Source: the human T2T-CHM13v2.0 reference genome, Homo sapiens
Reading direction: 5' to 3' (one strand)
Assembly (NCBI RefSeq): GCF_009914755.1
Contig: NC_060928.1
DNA length: 64,000 nucleotides
The notes below the pieces were generated by a model, which made no database searches, was not told the DNA's origin, and saw nothing but the letters and a program-made list of their open reading frames with translations. Positions 1 through 14,702 of this stretch are shown piece by piece. Position numbers and translations under genes: made by a program. The stretch's first letter is position 1. Each line of letters begins with the position of its first letter.

Positions 1-884
1 TGCATGCACCCCAACATCATTGCCTTGGAAGAATATCCATTCTGCTTTAATTGTTACATTCCTGTCACGGATTGTTCAAACTGTGGTCTAAATTAGCAAA
101 GTGAAACACCCCCACCACCACTGTCAATGCACACTTATCTGAAAAAGGAGGATAAATAAAAATGAAAGGTAAAATCATACTAAGTAAAATTTCTTTTTCT
201 GTAATTGGGTAAATAGCATAATTTATGGTTTTCCCCTTCCAGTACCTACTTGTTTAGTCTGCAACTCTGCTGACAAGCTGATATAAATCTCCTTGTCAAT
301 TGGGATGACCTAAACCTTTATTTCTTAGGATGTGTGTTCATGGTGCTAATGCCTCTTTGGGGGCCCTTTGTGTTGCATTAATAATCATTATTGGACACGT
401 GGGTAATAGAAGAGCTCACTGCACAATACCCAGATTTATCTACTCGATTATCGGAAGCACTAATTTCCACCAAAACAATCATCTCATTTTTGCCTTTTTA
501 CTAATTAGAATAAAGAAACTCAAGGGTCCTGGTAGCAAATCTAACTTATAATTTTCTAAAACTGCTTATTTTCTTAGGTTAAAAAGATATTAAACCTACA
601 GAGTCTAGAAATGTGCTGAAAACGTTATTTTTTCTGGCCTTCAATATATTCATTATCAAATGTGCCACTCTATTTCTACCCACTTGGTGAATAGGCATCG
701 GTATTTTCTTTGCAGTTTCATTTACTTAGCTTTGCTTTAACTTCCACGCTGCATCCTGAAGACCTGCTCCCAGGTGGCCAGATGACTTCCTTCCTATATT
801 TCATACATTTCTGGCTAATCTAGTTAAAAGAAGACATCATTCACGATTCCCTTTCCCTAGTCTATCCCTTAGAAGTCTCTGTCA

Positions 885-1230
885 TGCAGACAGTCTCTTT
901 GTTGCAAGAATAGCCACTGACCATTGCAATTAAAGAAGGGGAGCTATTACAAATGTGTTAGGAGTATTGACAAGAGATTGAATAACCAGGCTTGAATATT
1001 GGCAAGAACGACATAACTTCAGAGGGCCAGGAAGCAGGCAGCACTGCTGCAGGACACTTCTGCAATAAGATGGAACCAACATTCTGAGCAACAACTTTTA
1101 TGTCATTCCTTTGCAGTAAGTTGAGCACTATTTCCTTTTTTTGCATCAAGTTTCAAATGCAGCCATGAACATTTAGATGGCAGAGGCTAGTAAATGTGTC
1201 TTAATTACCTGGGATCAGTGCTAAAGGTCT
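885..1230 (-). mobile_element. Degraded ancient LTR fragment (ERVL/MaLR-like)
   Basis: Weak resemblance ('tctctttgttgcaagaatagcc...', 'aataaccaggcttg') to the reverse strand of old MLT1/LTR33-type LTRs; boundaries approximate. Confidence 0.3.
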
Positions 1231-1809
1231 ACCTCCTTTGACCATTTACAAAACAAGATACAGAGGAAGAGCAAACCATGCTTTACTAATGAATGGTCAG
1301 ATCTGGACAAATGTACAATATATCTTCCGAAGGTCATAAAAGAAGTATTGAAAACATTTTTAAAAAGCAACATATCTAATTTAGGTTGAAAAACCAGTGT
1401 AGTAATTTACATTTTCTCTCTTTCTCTCACTAAACACATGTTAAATAGAAGGCTGACTCAATAAGAATAAAAATGTGATTTTAAGATTTATTTGCTTACT
1501 TTACAGGATATATATTTGTGGGAAAAGAAAGGTAGTTATAAAGTTTGAGTATTAATATGAATACTAAACATTCAAGAGTAGACAGAAATTTCTGAAAAAA
1601 AGATGAGCGATGAATTAGCTTGCAAAACACTAAAAAAGTTATGGAATTAGAGTAACTAAAACGGTATTGACATAATTCATTTAACAGGTTAATGTAATAT
1701 GATAAAAAGTATAAAAAGAGATGCTAATGTTTATGGTGATTTAGCATAAGATAACATATATATGTTACATATATACATAAATATATATATATACATAAAT
1801 ATATATATT

Positions 1810-2097
1810 TATTTTTGAGATGGATTCCCACTCTGTCACCCAGGCTGGAGTGTAGTGGCGTTATCTGGGCTCACTGCAACCTCCACCTCACGGGTTCAAG
1901 GATTCTCTTGTCTCAGCCTCTCCAGTAGCTGGGATTACATGTGTGCACCACCCTGCCCAGATAATTTTTTGTATTTTTAGTGGAGATGGGGTTTCACCAT
2001 GTTGACCAGGCTAGTCTTGAGCTCCTGACCTCAAGTGATCACCTGCCTTGGCCTCCCAAAATGCTGGGATTAAGGGTGTGAGCCACTGTGCCTGGCC
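1810..2097 (-). mobile_element. AluS (Sx/Sz-like); tail converted to (TA)-rich microsatellite
   Basis: Full reverse Alu dimer 'tttttgagatgg...gtgcctggcc'; imperfect TSD AAGATAA(C/A)ATAT at ~1748 and ~2098. Confidence 0.95.
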
Positions 2098-2537
2098 AAG
2101 ATAAAATATTTAATATATTTTGTACATACAACAGACTAGCAATTTTGATGGGAAATGAATATATGATTTTACACTAAGTTTAAATATTAAAACAAAATAA
2201 TACATTATATGGAAGTGCACAATTTTAATTAAAAGACATGAAGTGAGAAAAGCATTACTAAGGTACCCACAAACTCAAAAAATAAAATATAATACACATT
2301 ACCAAAAATGCTGTTATACCTTATTCAAAGGTAAAAAACAAGTTATGCATTCTGAAAAAATTGTGTTATATTACCACAAACAAGGCTAATTGTCTTTATT
2401 AATCTATGTTCTAAAAACTAAAAGGGAAATACCAAAAACCAATCTTAAAAAATGACAAAATATATGAACAGTCAAGTACAATTACCTTGAAATATGTGAA
2501 AATGTGCTTATACACTCATTATTAAAAAACAAAACAG

Positions 2538-2836
2538 GGCCAGGTGCGGAGGCTCAAGCCTGTAATCCCAGCACTTTGGGAGGCCGAGGCAGGTGGATTA
2601 TGAGGTCAAGAGAGAGAGACCATCCTGGCCAACATGGTGAAACACTGTCTCTACTAAAAATACAAAAATTAGCTGGGTGTGGTGGCATGTGCCTGTAGTC
2701 TCAGCTACTCAGGAGGCTGATGCAAGAGAATCGCTTGAACGCTGGAGGCAGACGCAGTGAGCCAAGATCGTGCCACTACACTCCAGCCTCGTGATAGAGC
2801 AAGACTCCATCTCAAAAACAAACAAACAAACAAACA
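2538..2836 (+). mobile_element. AluSc-like
   Basis: ggccaggtgcgg...gaggtcaagag..gagaccatcctggccaacatggtgaaac; (CAAA)n tail. Confidence 0.95.
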
Positions 2837-3407
2837 TAATATAAATAACATATAATATTTTCACCTCTGTAGTTATTTGGAGGCAATTTGGCCAATCTGA
2901 AATTATTTAAAGTGTACAAAATTTTAACTTCAAAATTTTCTTTCTAACATTTATTATAAATACAGTTACACAGGCATATAAAGATATAAAAATAACATTC
3001 TTTTCAAAGTGGTCTTTAATAGCAAATAGGGGACAGAAAATTATTCTACAATTGTATATGTTTATATATGTTATTTTGAATAAATAGTTTGATATATAGG
3101 AATGCTATAGACATGGTAGATCCATTCTACTATTTGGATATACTATAATGAAATTAACCATACCTGTGTTAGAATGTAGAAAAACAAATTATATTTATAA
3201 GCTAACCTAATACATTAGAATAATAAAGTTCCTGGGTGACATATAGACAATTCCTGGGACTTTATTTTTTGCAAGGTATACCTGAACTTGCATTAACATG
3301 ATGGGTTATAACACAATATGTTATCATTGAATCTGGCCTCACAGCTTCAAAATTATACATTATAGTCTCCAAAATAAAAGAGAGGGATGCATCTGAAAAT
3401 GTAAAAT

Positions 3408-3433
3408 CTTTTTTTTTTTTTTTTTTTTTTTTT
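3408..3433. repeat. poly(T) tract
   Basis: Run of about 25 T. Confidence 0.9.
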
Positions 3434-4159
3434 GCAAATATTTGCACCTAAATCAAGTTCTAGTGCCTTTCTTTGGAATTACGGAGAATAAACATTTCCT
3501 CTATCAATGGCCTAGAAGATTACTCTTCGATGCTGACAAACTCTGGTTCTTTAAAAAAATAAAATTTTAATAATTTGCAAGTGTATGCATTTTTGTTGAA
3601 TATCGTCAATACAGAATATGTTATTACTTTAGTAGAGTTACTGCAGGTAGCAACATGACTAAATGCATATTATCTACTTTATAATAAATTACTAAACGAA
3701 TCCTTAACCTCTACGAAAAATATTCATCAGGACAATTAGCTGCAAGGTCTAACATTAGATCAAAGCTTGAGGTTTGGGAAAATGAGCTTGTGCATAATAG
3801 CCATTCACCACCCTTCTCATTTTGCAAATTTTATCTCAAAGGTACGGTTTGCAATTATTCCAAGTAGAGATGTTTCTTTAAAAGGCAATTATATCAGTCA
3901 TTAACACCACGGAAGTACAGCTCAAGGCCAACATTGGTGCTTCTAGATTAGTTAAGCTTGCAAACAATATAGGGGGAAAAAAGTGAGTAGCTCCAGGCTA
4001 TGGTTACACTTCACCAAAATTTCAAGTGGAAATGAAATCAGTCTTGAGAATTCGAAGTGTTAAAACGACTCATTTAACAAAAAATATTTAAAAAAACTTA
4101 ACCAAGATGGATTGAAAACATAAATATTTGTATAAAGAACATTTAAAAGACCATGGAAA

Positions 4160-4502
<343 letters not shown>

Positions 4503-4587
4503 TAAAAGACCATGGAAAGCATAAAAATTTAGAAGTGTCCTATGGGTTTTTGCAAAGTGATATTACACTCCAGGGTTCTACACTTAA

Positions 4588-4805
4588 CAACAGACTGCCT
4601 GAGTTCATATATTGACTCTTTCTCCTTCATACTGTTCAACTTTGGTGAATTACATAATTTATCTGTTTCTTAATCTCCTCATCTATAAAATTGGATAGGA
4701 ATTTCACCTCACTTGTGAGAAATAAATAAGTTGAATCATAAAAAAAAATTGAAAGAGTGACACATAGCAGCATACAATAAATGTACTTTGTCATTACTAT
4801 TATTA
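4588..4805 (+). mobile_element. MIR SINE
   Basis: 'cagactgcctgagttc...ctcctcatctataaaatt...ttgtgagaaataaat...cacatagcagcatacaataaatg' matches the MIR core and tail. Confidence 0.75.
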
Positions 4806-6192
4806 AATACTATTGTTGATACAAATGTCAGTGCCTGTTCACTCCTTTACAATCTCTTATTAAATTAGCATTAAGGAATGTAAGAAAAACCAAAAAGTTA
4901 TTGGAATTAACAACAATGTTGACTCAGAAATCTTGCAAATCACATAGACAAAGACAGAGATTACATTATTTCTCCTTCTTGCACTAAATGTTGTTTATGA
5001 GAAAAAAGAACATTTAACAAATCTCAGTCATAGAGTAGGTTCTTAAACAATACAAATGGTATTGAAGTTAATTAAGTAGAATAAAATTCTGTTAGATATA
5101 GTTTTGATTTTGTTTCTTCTAAACATCTAAACAAATACTTATAAAGGGCATTTATTGAAAATCATGTACAGACACACACACATGCGTGCACATCACAAGC
5201 TAATCTGGGCTAGTGCCCTTTACAAAAGTATTTAACATATTGAGCCCTAACTGTATATGTATTTGTGTATATTGTTCTCTAGTTCAGTGATCTTCACACT
5301 AATTGTGAATGCCAACATTAAAAATATTTTATGCATTTCTAATCCATGTCTATTTATGACAAAACAATATACATATGCTACTATAATAATATGTGGTGAG
5401 CAGGATAAATAAAACCCCAAAATAAAGCAAAATAATAAGAAAAGGTAAAATGATTTGTATAATTTTTTTCTGATATATTAATAATTTTATGATATATTGT
5501 CTTTGTATATCTTGTTTCAACATTGTATAACACTGTATTTTGAGTGTCTGATTATAGAGCACTGTACACTGATATTTGATTTTAATGACAGTCATAATTT
5601 AGAAGGGTGTCTCATCAAGAAAGACAGGACCACATAAAAAAAGTACTCTTACCTGTGTACAAAAAAAAATTTACTTTCCAACTTCATCAAATTATTAGTT
5701 TTCATTTTTCTTCTAATTCAGCAAGTAAATTTTTCTGTTTTTGATATTATTCATTTGTTCTTGCACACCAATGAGAAATTAATTTGTACATACATATGCA
5801 TGCATTAATATCACTGCATATGTTTATAGTTGTACACACACTTATGTGTATGTTAAGATGTTCTATTTCCTTTTATTTGTAATGTGGGAAGAGAATAACT
5901 TTAATAGGTGGCATTGTCACATTGGTTCCAATGCAAAATTACATAACACTGGTAATATTTGCAAACATTCATTTCAAAATGTGCTTTCTATAAGATAAAC
6001 AGTTTCACAAAAGTTATTATTTTCTCTTTAGTTGTTAAAGCATTATTTTACTTAGAGGATACAGATGATACAGATCAAATGTGTGTTTTTTCTTTCAAAA
6101 GTGACTGGATAGCATACAAGTCACTGACATATTTTCAGAAGGAAGTTAAATAAGTTTAGATCTACTATCTTTATGGAAAAGAGAAAAGAAAA

Positions 6193-6470
<278 letters not shown>

Positions 6471-6769
6471 TTAATCTTTACATTAAATCCTATCTCTTAA
6501 AAAATTTTCCATAATATAGCTAATTAACTTTGTGTCAAGAAAAACTGACAGACTCCACATTCCATTCAAAAAGTAGAAAATACAGTACACATTTAAATAT
6601 TTTCTTTTATAAAATTAACCACATTACTATTATAGTAGTTTGGGTACTTCTTTGCTGTATAGCTTGCTTGGATTAAATCAAAACAAACAAAACATAAAAA
6701 CAACATAGATTCAACTCTTGACTCCTTTCACTGGCTCATAAACCACAATCAATGAGGCAATTTTGTTCA

Positions 6770-7470
6770 AAAACATATCCATAAACTAGCATCTTCTCAC
6801 CATAAACTAGCATCTTCTCACCATTTTTTCTGTGGGCCAAGCTAGCATTATCTTTTGTGTAGTTCACACCTAACCATCTCCCTACTTCCCATCTTTGTTC
6901 CCATCTCAACTCTATGGCTAGAATGATTCTTTGAAAAATTGGACATTATGCTTCTATTATGCTCAGCAGAAGAACCTTCCAAATGATTGTCTCACTCTGA
7001 GTAAAATAGAGGATCTAAGTGTACTATACAATGTGGGCCCCTTGAACCTCAACCACACTACCTCTTCTCCTAGCATTTTTTTTTTAAAGCTGCACTGGCT
7101 TCTTTGCCACTAGTCAAACAGGTCCTGCACAGTCTTGGAAGTTGACATTTCCTTTCCCTGAAAAATCACTCCTCTTCCATATCATGCCTGATTAGTAACC
7201 TCTTCTGTTTTTTTTTTTCTTGGATCTTTGCTCAAGTGTCACATCCTCAGAATTAACTTAAAAATCACATTTTAAAAATAGTATGGATACATTCTCATCC
7301 CCTCATGTTCCCTATTCCTTGCGTCTGTTGAATTTTTCTGAGATAGTCTATATTTTATTTATTTATTGCATATTTGTATTTAAATATTGCATATTTTCTG
7401 CCCCTAATCAATGGAAGTTTCATGAAGGCAGGGATGTCTTTCTGCTTTGTTTGCTATATACCCAGGTTTC
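6770..7470 (+). mobile_element. L2 3' fragment
   Basis: 'ctcaagtgtcacatcctcag', 'aagtttcatgaaggcagggatgtctt...gctatatacccag' are typical of the L2a 3' end. Confidence 0.7.
6780..6824. repeat. Perfect 21-bp tandem duplication
   Basis: CATAAACTAGCATCTTCTCAC twice, followed by CAT. Confidence 0.9.
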
Positions 7471-7787
7471 CAGTTCCTTCTCTAAGAGGTGCATGGAATG
7501 CAGAAAAGCAATTCTTCCTTAAAGAATCAACTCATTTATGTTAATTGTGCTTCTAACTGTGACAATTTCTCAGAAGTTTTTAAAGACTTAAAATAATAGC
7601 AAAATGCTATTGGTGCTTCAATTTATACAGTTTTAAATATAAAATATGGTTTCTAAAGATATTCACTCTTTATATTTGTCTAGTTCATATTTCAGTGGTT
7701 CAGAAAATAGTACTTTATACATCTCTTTTTTGAAATTGAATATTGTGAAAACCACAATTTCAGATACAGTAGAGACCTGTATACTTT

Positions 7788-8251
7788 TGAAGCAGGAGGT
7801 CAGCAGGACTTTTTTTTCGTAACTCTGCTGATCAAAACAGGATGTAGCAAAGAAACAGGCCAAAACCAGGTAAGACTAAAAATCATAATGCATTTGCATG
7901 CAATGAGATACTCCCATCAGCGCCATGACACTTTACAATTGCCTGGGCAATGCCTGGAAGTTACCTTATATGGTTCTGGGAACTCTGTCTCTTTTTAGAA
8001 AGTTTGTGATAAACCGGCCCCTTATTATTAGCATGTAATTAGAAGTAGGTAATAATGTAGTTAGCCAGCAACCCACGAGTGCTACCCTGCCTGCGGGATA
8101 GTCTGCTGTGTCCATGGAGCAGCCATTGTGCTGTGCAATGTTACTCTAATAAACTTGTTTTCTTTCACTGTCAGTTTGCTCTTGAATTCTTCCTGAGTGT
8201 GGCCAAGAACCTTCCCAAACCCATTCCCAATTTGTGGGTTCACTGGCATCA
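7788..8251 (+). mobile_element. ERV1 solo LTR, MER41/MER66-related
   Basis: TG...CA termini; 'ctcccatcagcgccatgacactttacaattgcc...ggaagttaccttatatgg' block shared with the MER41 family; AATAAA near 8148. Confidence 0.85.
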
Positions 8252-10432
8252 GCTTACATCCAGTTTTACAGCAATCTTCTCCACCTTTGAAATGCTACAA
8301 ACATGTTTGTATTTTTATCATCAGTAATATTTTTCAATCTTGTGAGAATGTTTCTTTCAAAAGAAGGTACTTTATTTCCATCCCATATTGCTTTCTATAT
8401 TTTATTTGATCAGTTTGACCATGGCAAGAACAAGTATGACTTTGATGGTATGGGGTATTAGAATTTTACTTTTAAATAAGAAACTCTAGAATAACCACCT
8501 AAATCTTTACCATTAAGGGTATTTCCACAGAATTATTGTGTTAAGCATGGACTGACTTGTTAAAAAATTACTATAGTAATTGTTCTTCATATACTAGACA
8601 GTAAATTTTGAAATCTTTTGCTAATAATTACGGCTTAATCCTATTATTTTCTAGTATCTCAGGCCCCATTGAGACTTTAGGATAAGTTTCTATATTTCAT
8701 AAAATAAATCTGCACAGAAATCTGTGTTTCTTGTGATTCTAACCTCTAACTGATTTTCTCATTGGTTATATATTTACATCTTTTTAATATTTTACTTTAT
8801 TTTACCTTATGATGTTGTTATATACTTTTACAAGTAAAAGAAAATAATTTCAGTTCTATCACCCTCTTGTGTATGCTTCTGCTTGAATTAATATCTTCAT
8901 CTGATTTTTCTTGAAAGTATTTAAGCCATTTTGTGATTGTATTTTAATTATGATTAAATGAAATTAAACAAAAAACGTAAACTTGAAATTAATCAAGCTT
9001 AAAAGAGATATATTATTTTATAATTTCTAAAACAACGTTTGCTTGTCTTTTTGTGTTTCTAAATATTCACAATTTTCTTATGATAACCAGCATATTACAT
9101 ATCAGAATTGATCCCCTAACATACAGACCAAAAAGAAAAGAATCAAAGATATCAAAATTTCAATAGTTTGATATTCTTCACCTGTAACACAAAGAGACAG
9201 TCTTGCAAACTTCTTGGCAGAGAATATTTTCCACTACATGTATCACTGATCTAGACCTTAGACTTCTAAAAGAAAATATGCACTATCCCATTTCTTGGAT
9301 CAATAACACATAACAGAATAACTGGCTTGCAAGAGTAATATACGGTTACTAATTATTTATTAAATAAATGTCAGCATTTATGTATTAGATATTATGCAGT
9401 ACTGCTTCAAAAAGGTATTTATGTAGTACAGTATTTTAAAATAATTAAGACTTTCCTCTGAAAAAAATGTTTACAAACCTCAAAAATAAAAGTAATCTTG
9501 TTCAATGTCAGGCACTATTTTACAGAGATATGCTTTGATCCAAGATTTCCGGGTGTGCTGAATATACTTTCCTTCATATACATTTCTAATAAGCTTTATT
9601 TTTATAAAAAACATTTCCCTGCAACACTAAAATTCTGAATGCTTGCACAATCAGAACAATTATTTGTATTAAAACAGAAAATTGCTTGAATAAAATAAAA
9701 ACAGTTAACAACTAATCAACCAACAATAAATATTTACTAAATATCTAGTTATTTTAGATGTTTAATTTGGAAAAATATTTCTTTTCTTTTTTATGAAGAT
9801 AGATAATAATATTAATCATTTCTAAAATGTTTCCTGTGAGTGTGCATATGCTTAGCACTTTATAATTAGTTTTTCCTGTACTTTCAAACACTTGGATCTC
9901 TTGAAAGATATAATCTGTACTGGCAGCTAAAGTCTTTTATTTATTGAACAGTAGGGAAGAGTGACATAGACAGAGTCTTCTGCCAATGTATTTTACTGCT
10001 GATATTAAAAACTGTGTATAGATAGAAAAGAATTCCAACATGGAGCATCCCTTACTGTTTGCCAAGTTGCTCATAGGCCGCTAATCGCTACCTGACGATT
10101 ATTCAATGAAAAGTGAAGTCAGACCACCAAACTATTTCATATATCATAGCCTACTGAGCATCTGCCAAATGTTAAACACCAGATGTCTTCATTGACCTAG
10201 GCTGGTCTGAAAGCATAGAATGAATAGCAATGACTCTATTTCATGTTCAAGTTTCCCTAAACCAGTTCAGGCACAAATATACATTTATAAATATCTCCTT
10301 GGCTGTAGGAACAAAATATTACAACTTATATTTATGTTGTATCTACAAATTGATACATATACACACACATGCATATATACATAATTTATGTGTATATAAA
10401 ATATAAATTAGAGCTGATTACTCTATGTAAAG

Positions 10433-10476
10433 TATAAATCCAAAAGTAACTTAATATAAATCCAAAAGTAACTTAA
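10433..10476. repeat. Perfect 22-bp tandem duplication
   Basis: TATAAATCCAAAAGTAACTTAA twice. Confidence 0.9.
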
Positions 10477-11254
10477 AACATAAGGTGGTGATCATTTTTC
10501 AATGAAAGAAATGTTTATTTTTGTTGTTTTAAGATACTAAAAATCCAGGAAATTGTTGGTTATATATATATATATGCATGCATGTATACATACATATATC
10601 AATAATTTATAAGGATTACATATGGGAGTATATATACAGAGAAAAAGAGACAAATAGAGATTTCTATCATTCATAATATTACAATTTTTTATTGTCTTTT
10701 TATAGCTTGATTAAACTTCTATTTTTACATGGCATATAGAATATCTGCTGCTATAAACAACTCAATACCAAGTTTCCGAGACTCATAGAAAAACATACAT
10801 AAGTAATAAAAGTTACGCCAAAAATGAGAAAAAACGATTTGGGGGAATCAAGATTCATGAGAAATTAATTATTTAGATAATGCAAATAGACCCATATTTG
10901 AAAGGGAAATTACAGCTTGAGATCAGAAGCACCAACCTATAACATGGTCAAGATGGTGGAATGCAGTAGCAAGTTTAGCAAGCTACAGTCTATAGCTTTT
11001 TACAGGGCTATTTTACAGGGGCTATTTACAGTGATTAATTGAAGTAGAGGGGCAGGAGCAGCCAAAAGGTTTACAATCTATCCTCCTTGAGTCAAAAAGC
11101 TATTGGAGGGGTCTGCCTCCAGGACTGCTCAAAGGATGAGAGTTCTTTCTGAGAGTTAAAGTGACACTCCTAATATCTAGTAATGAAACTAAAAGAAGAT
11201 TGTATCTGGAAGGGCGGCTGCTGAGGTGCCTCTGAATGGTAAATCTATCTTGTA

Positions 11255-11913
11255 ATTCTGTCCTGGCCAAAATTATAAACATGGCCCCCAATATTTCTAT
11301 ACTCTAGTTACTCATTCAAACATTCCTATTTGTGGTTAGTCAATCAAAGACTAATGTAAACTACTGTGAGTGAACTTTGTAGTTAAAGTTACTATCACCT
11401 GATCCTAGAATAGGGAAATTTATCCAGGTAGGTTCAGTGTAATCACATGGATCCTTAAAAGGAAAGAGGAAGGCAGAATAGTCAGTCAGATATATGCAGA
11501 AGCAGAAGAGGCAGAAGAGATAAGGCAGATGGAGAGGTCAGAGAGATTCAAAGTGTGAAAATGGCTTGATCCACCCTTGTTGGTGCTGTAGATGGAGAAA
11601 GGGCTCCACAATCCAAAGAGTTCAGGTGGTGGCTAGAAGCTGCAAGTGACCCTGGGCCAAGAGCCAGAAAAACATCAGGGACCTCAGTCTGCAATTGCTT
11701 GGTACTGAATTGTGTCAGCAACCTGCATGAGCCTGGAAATGAGTTATTGCTAGAAATTCCAGAAAGGAACACGGACCTGACTACACATTGGTTTGTGAGA
11801 CACAGAACAGAGAAATCACCCACTCTCACTGGGCTTCAAACTTGTTGATTTGTGCTGTTTTCAGCTATTAAATTTATGACAAGTTGTTATAGGCACAATA
11901 GAAGACTAAGACA
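11255..11913 (+). mobile_element. MaLR LTR (MLT1E-like)
   Basis: 'tgtaatcacatggatccttaaaag', 'ctgaattgtgtcagcaacctgcatgagcctggaa', and end 'ttgttataggcacaatagaagactaagaca'. Confidence 0.85.
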
Positions 11914-12294
11914 AATCCCATGCCTCTTGCATATCCAATTAAAATAACAAAATAACAAGCAGGACAGAAGAGCAGACAAATTCAACTTCAAAACTGACCA
12001 TACTGTTGAGAATCACAAGGATTTGAAGACAGCAAATATTATGAACAAGACAAAACTCTACAAATGAAAGACCTTAAACCTGGTAAAGGACTTAATAGAA
12101 AAAGTAGAGTATAAAATGTGTATACTTGATATCTCTGGAGATTAACAAAATGTGACATATATAGATGTTATATATAAATAAGTGATATGTTCATGATATA
12201 AACGAGAATCAAAATGCAAAAACATAAGTTAAACTACAAACATTTTATTTAGAAGAGTATTAAAAACATGCTTTGGACTATGAATAAATTGGTA

Positions 12295-13030
<736 letters not shown>

Positions 13031-13102
13031 AAGTGAAGACTGGATTTTGGCTTGACAAAAGAACAATCAGTTCATTTGTCACTAACCTTACAGTAACACT
13101 GT

Positions 13103-14702
13103 TTTATTTATTTATTTTTATTTATTCATTATTTAAATAATTTTAACTTTTATTTTTGATTCATCAGGTAGACGTGCAGGTTTATTACCTGGATATAAAA
13201 GGTCTCATCACCCAACTAGTGAGCATAGTACCCAATAGGAAGGTTTTCAGCTATTGCCCTTTGCCTATTTCCCCATTCTAGTAGTCTGCAGTGTTTGTTC
13301 CCATCTTTACGTCCAATGTACCCGATGTTCAGTTCCCACTTACAAATGAGAGCATGTGGTATTTGGTTTTCTGTTTTTTTGTTAATTTGCTTAGGATCAT
13401 GCCCTCTAGCTGCATTCATGTTGCTGCAAAGGACATGATTTTGTTCTTTTATGGTTGCATAGTATTCCATGGTGTATTCATACCACATATTTTTTGTCCA
13501 ATTCACAACTGGTTGGCACCCAGGTTGATTCCATGTCCTTGCTGTTGCAAATAGTGCTGTAATAAATACATGAATGTATGTGTCTTTTTGACAGAATGAT
13601 TTGTTTTCCTTTGTTATATACCCAGTAACTGGATTGCTGGGTAAAATGGTAGTTCTGTTTTAAATTGTTTGACAAATCTCCAAACTACTTTCCATTGTGG
13701 ATGAACTAACTTACGTTCTTACCAACAATGTATAAGCATTACCTTTTCTCCACAACCTCACCAACTTCTGTTGTGTTTTGACTTTTTAATAATAGTTATT
13801 TTGACTGGTGTGAAATGGTATCACCTTGTGGTTTTGATTTGCATTTCTCTGATGATGAGTAATGTTAAGAATTTTTTTTGTCAGCCACCTTTATATGTTT
13901 TTGGAAGTGGTCATATCCTTTGCCCACTTTTTAATAAGGGTATTTTTGCTTGTTGATTTGTTTACATTCCTCATGGATTCTGGATATTAGACCTTTGTTA
14001 GATGTATAGTTTGTGAATCTTGGCCCCTATTCTGTAGATGATTGTCTGTTTTCTATATTGAGTTTTTTGCTGTGCAGAAGTACTTTGGTTTAATTAGGTC
14101 CAACTTGTCGATTTTTGTTTCTGTTGCAATTGCTTTTGAGGACTTAGTCATAATTTTTTTGCAAAGGCCAATGTCCTGAATGGTATTTCCTAGGTTTCTT
14201 TCTAGGATTTTTATAGTTTGAGGTCTTACATTTAAATCTTAAGTCTATCTTTAGTTCATTTTTGTATACAGTGAAAGATATATTGTTAAAATATTATACT
14301 TCCCAAAGCAATCTATAGATTTAGTGCTCTATCAAACTACCAACATTATTTTTTCAGAATTAGAAAAAAAACTATCCTAAAATGCATGTGGAACCAAAAA
14401 AAAAAAAAAAAAAAAAAAGCCTGAATAGCTAAAGAAATCCTAAGCAAAAAGAACAAAGCTGGAGATATCACATTACACAACTTCAAACTATTCTATAGGG
14501 CTACAGTAACCAAAACAGCATGGTACTCATACAAAAACAGACACATAGACAAGTGGAGCACAGTAGAAAACCCAGAAATAAAGCCACACATCTACAACCA
14601 TCTGATCTTTGACAAAATTGACAAAAATAAGCAATGGGGAAAGGACTCCCTACTTAATAAAAAGTTCTGGGACAACTGGCTAGCCATATGCAGAAAAATT
14701 AA
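13103..14702 (-). mobile_element. 5'-inverted L1 (old L1PA/L1PB): 3' end antisense at 13103-14280, inverted ORF2 piece sense at 14281-14702
   Basis: Reverse 3'UTR and ORF2 C-terminus (e.g. MWYEYTMEYYATIK), switching at ~14281 to plus-strand ORF2 ('cccaaagcaatctatagat...ctagccatatgcagaa'). Confidence 0.9.

Larger units (their letters stand above)
1530..3170 (+). mobile_element. Ancient L1M (L1ME-like) ORF2/3' remnant interrupted by two Alus
   Basis: A-rich plus strand with degenerate L1 3' motifs (e.g. 'aaaatatatgaacagtcaa', 'gaaatatgtgaaaatgtgcttatacactcattatt'). Confidence 0.45.

Noticed and set aside
330-551. 73-aa ORF in unique sequence
   Set aside because: No recognisable domain, promoter or splice structure; the length is within chance expectation.
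5647-5655. Strong minus-strand splice donor CAG|GTAAGA
   Set aside because: An isolated 9-mer is expected by chance in 64 kb; no matching acceptor or coding frame was found.
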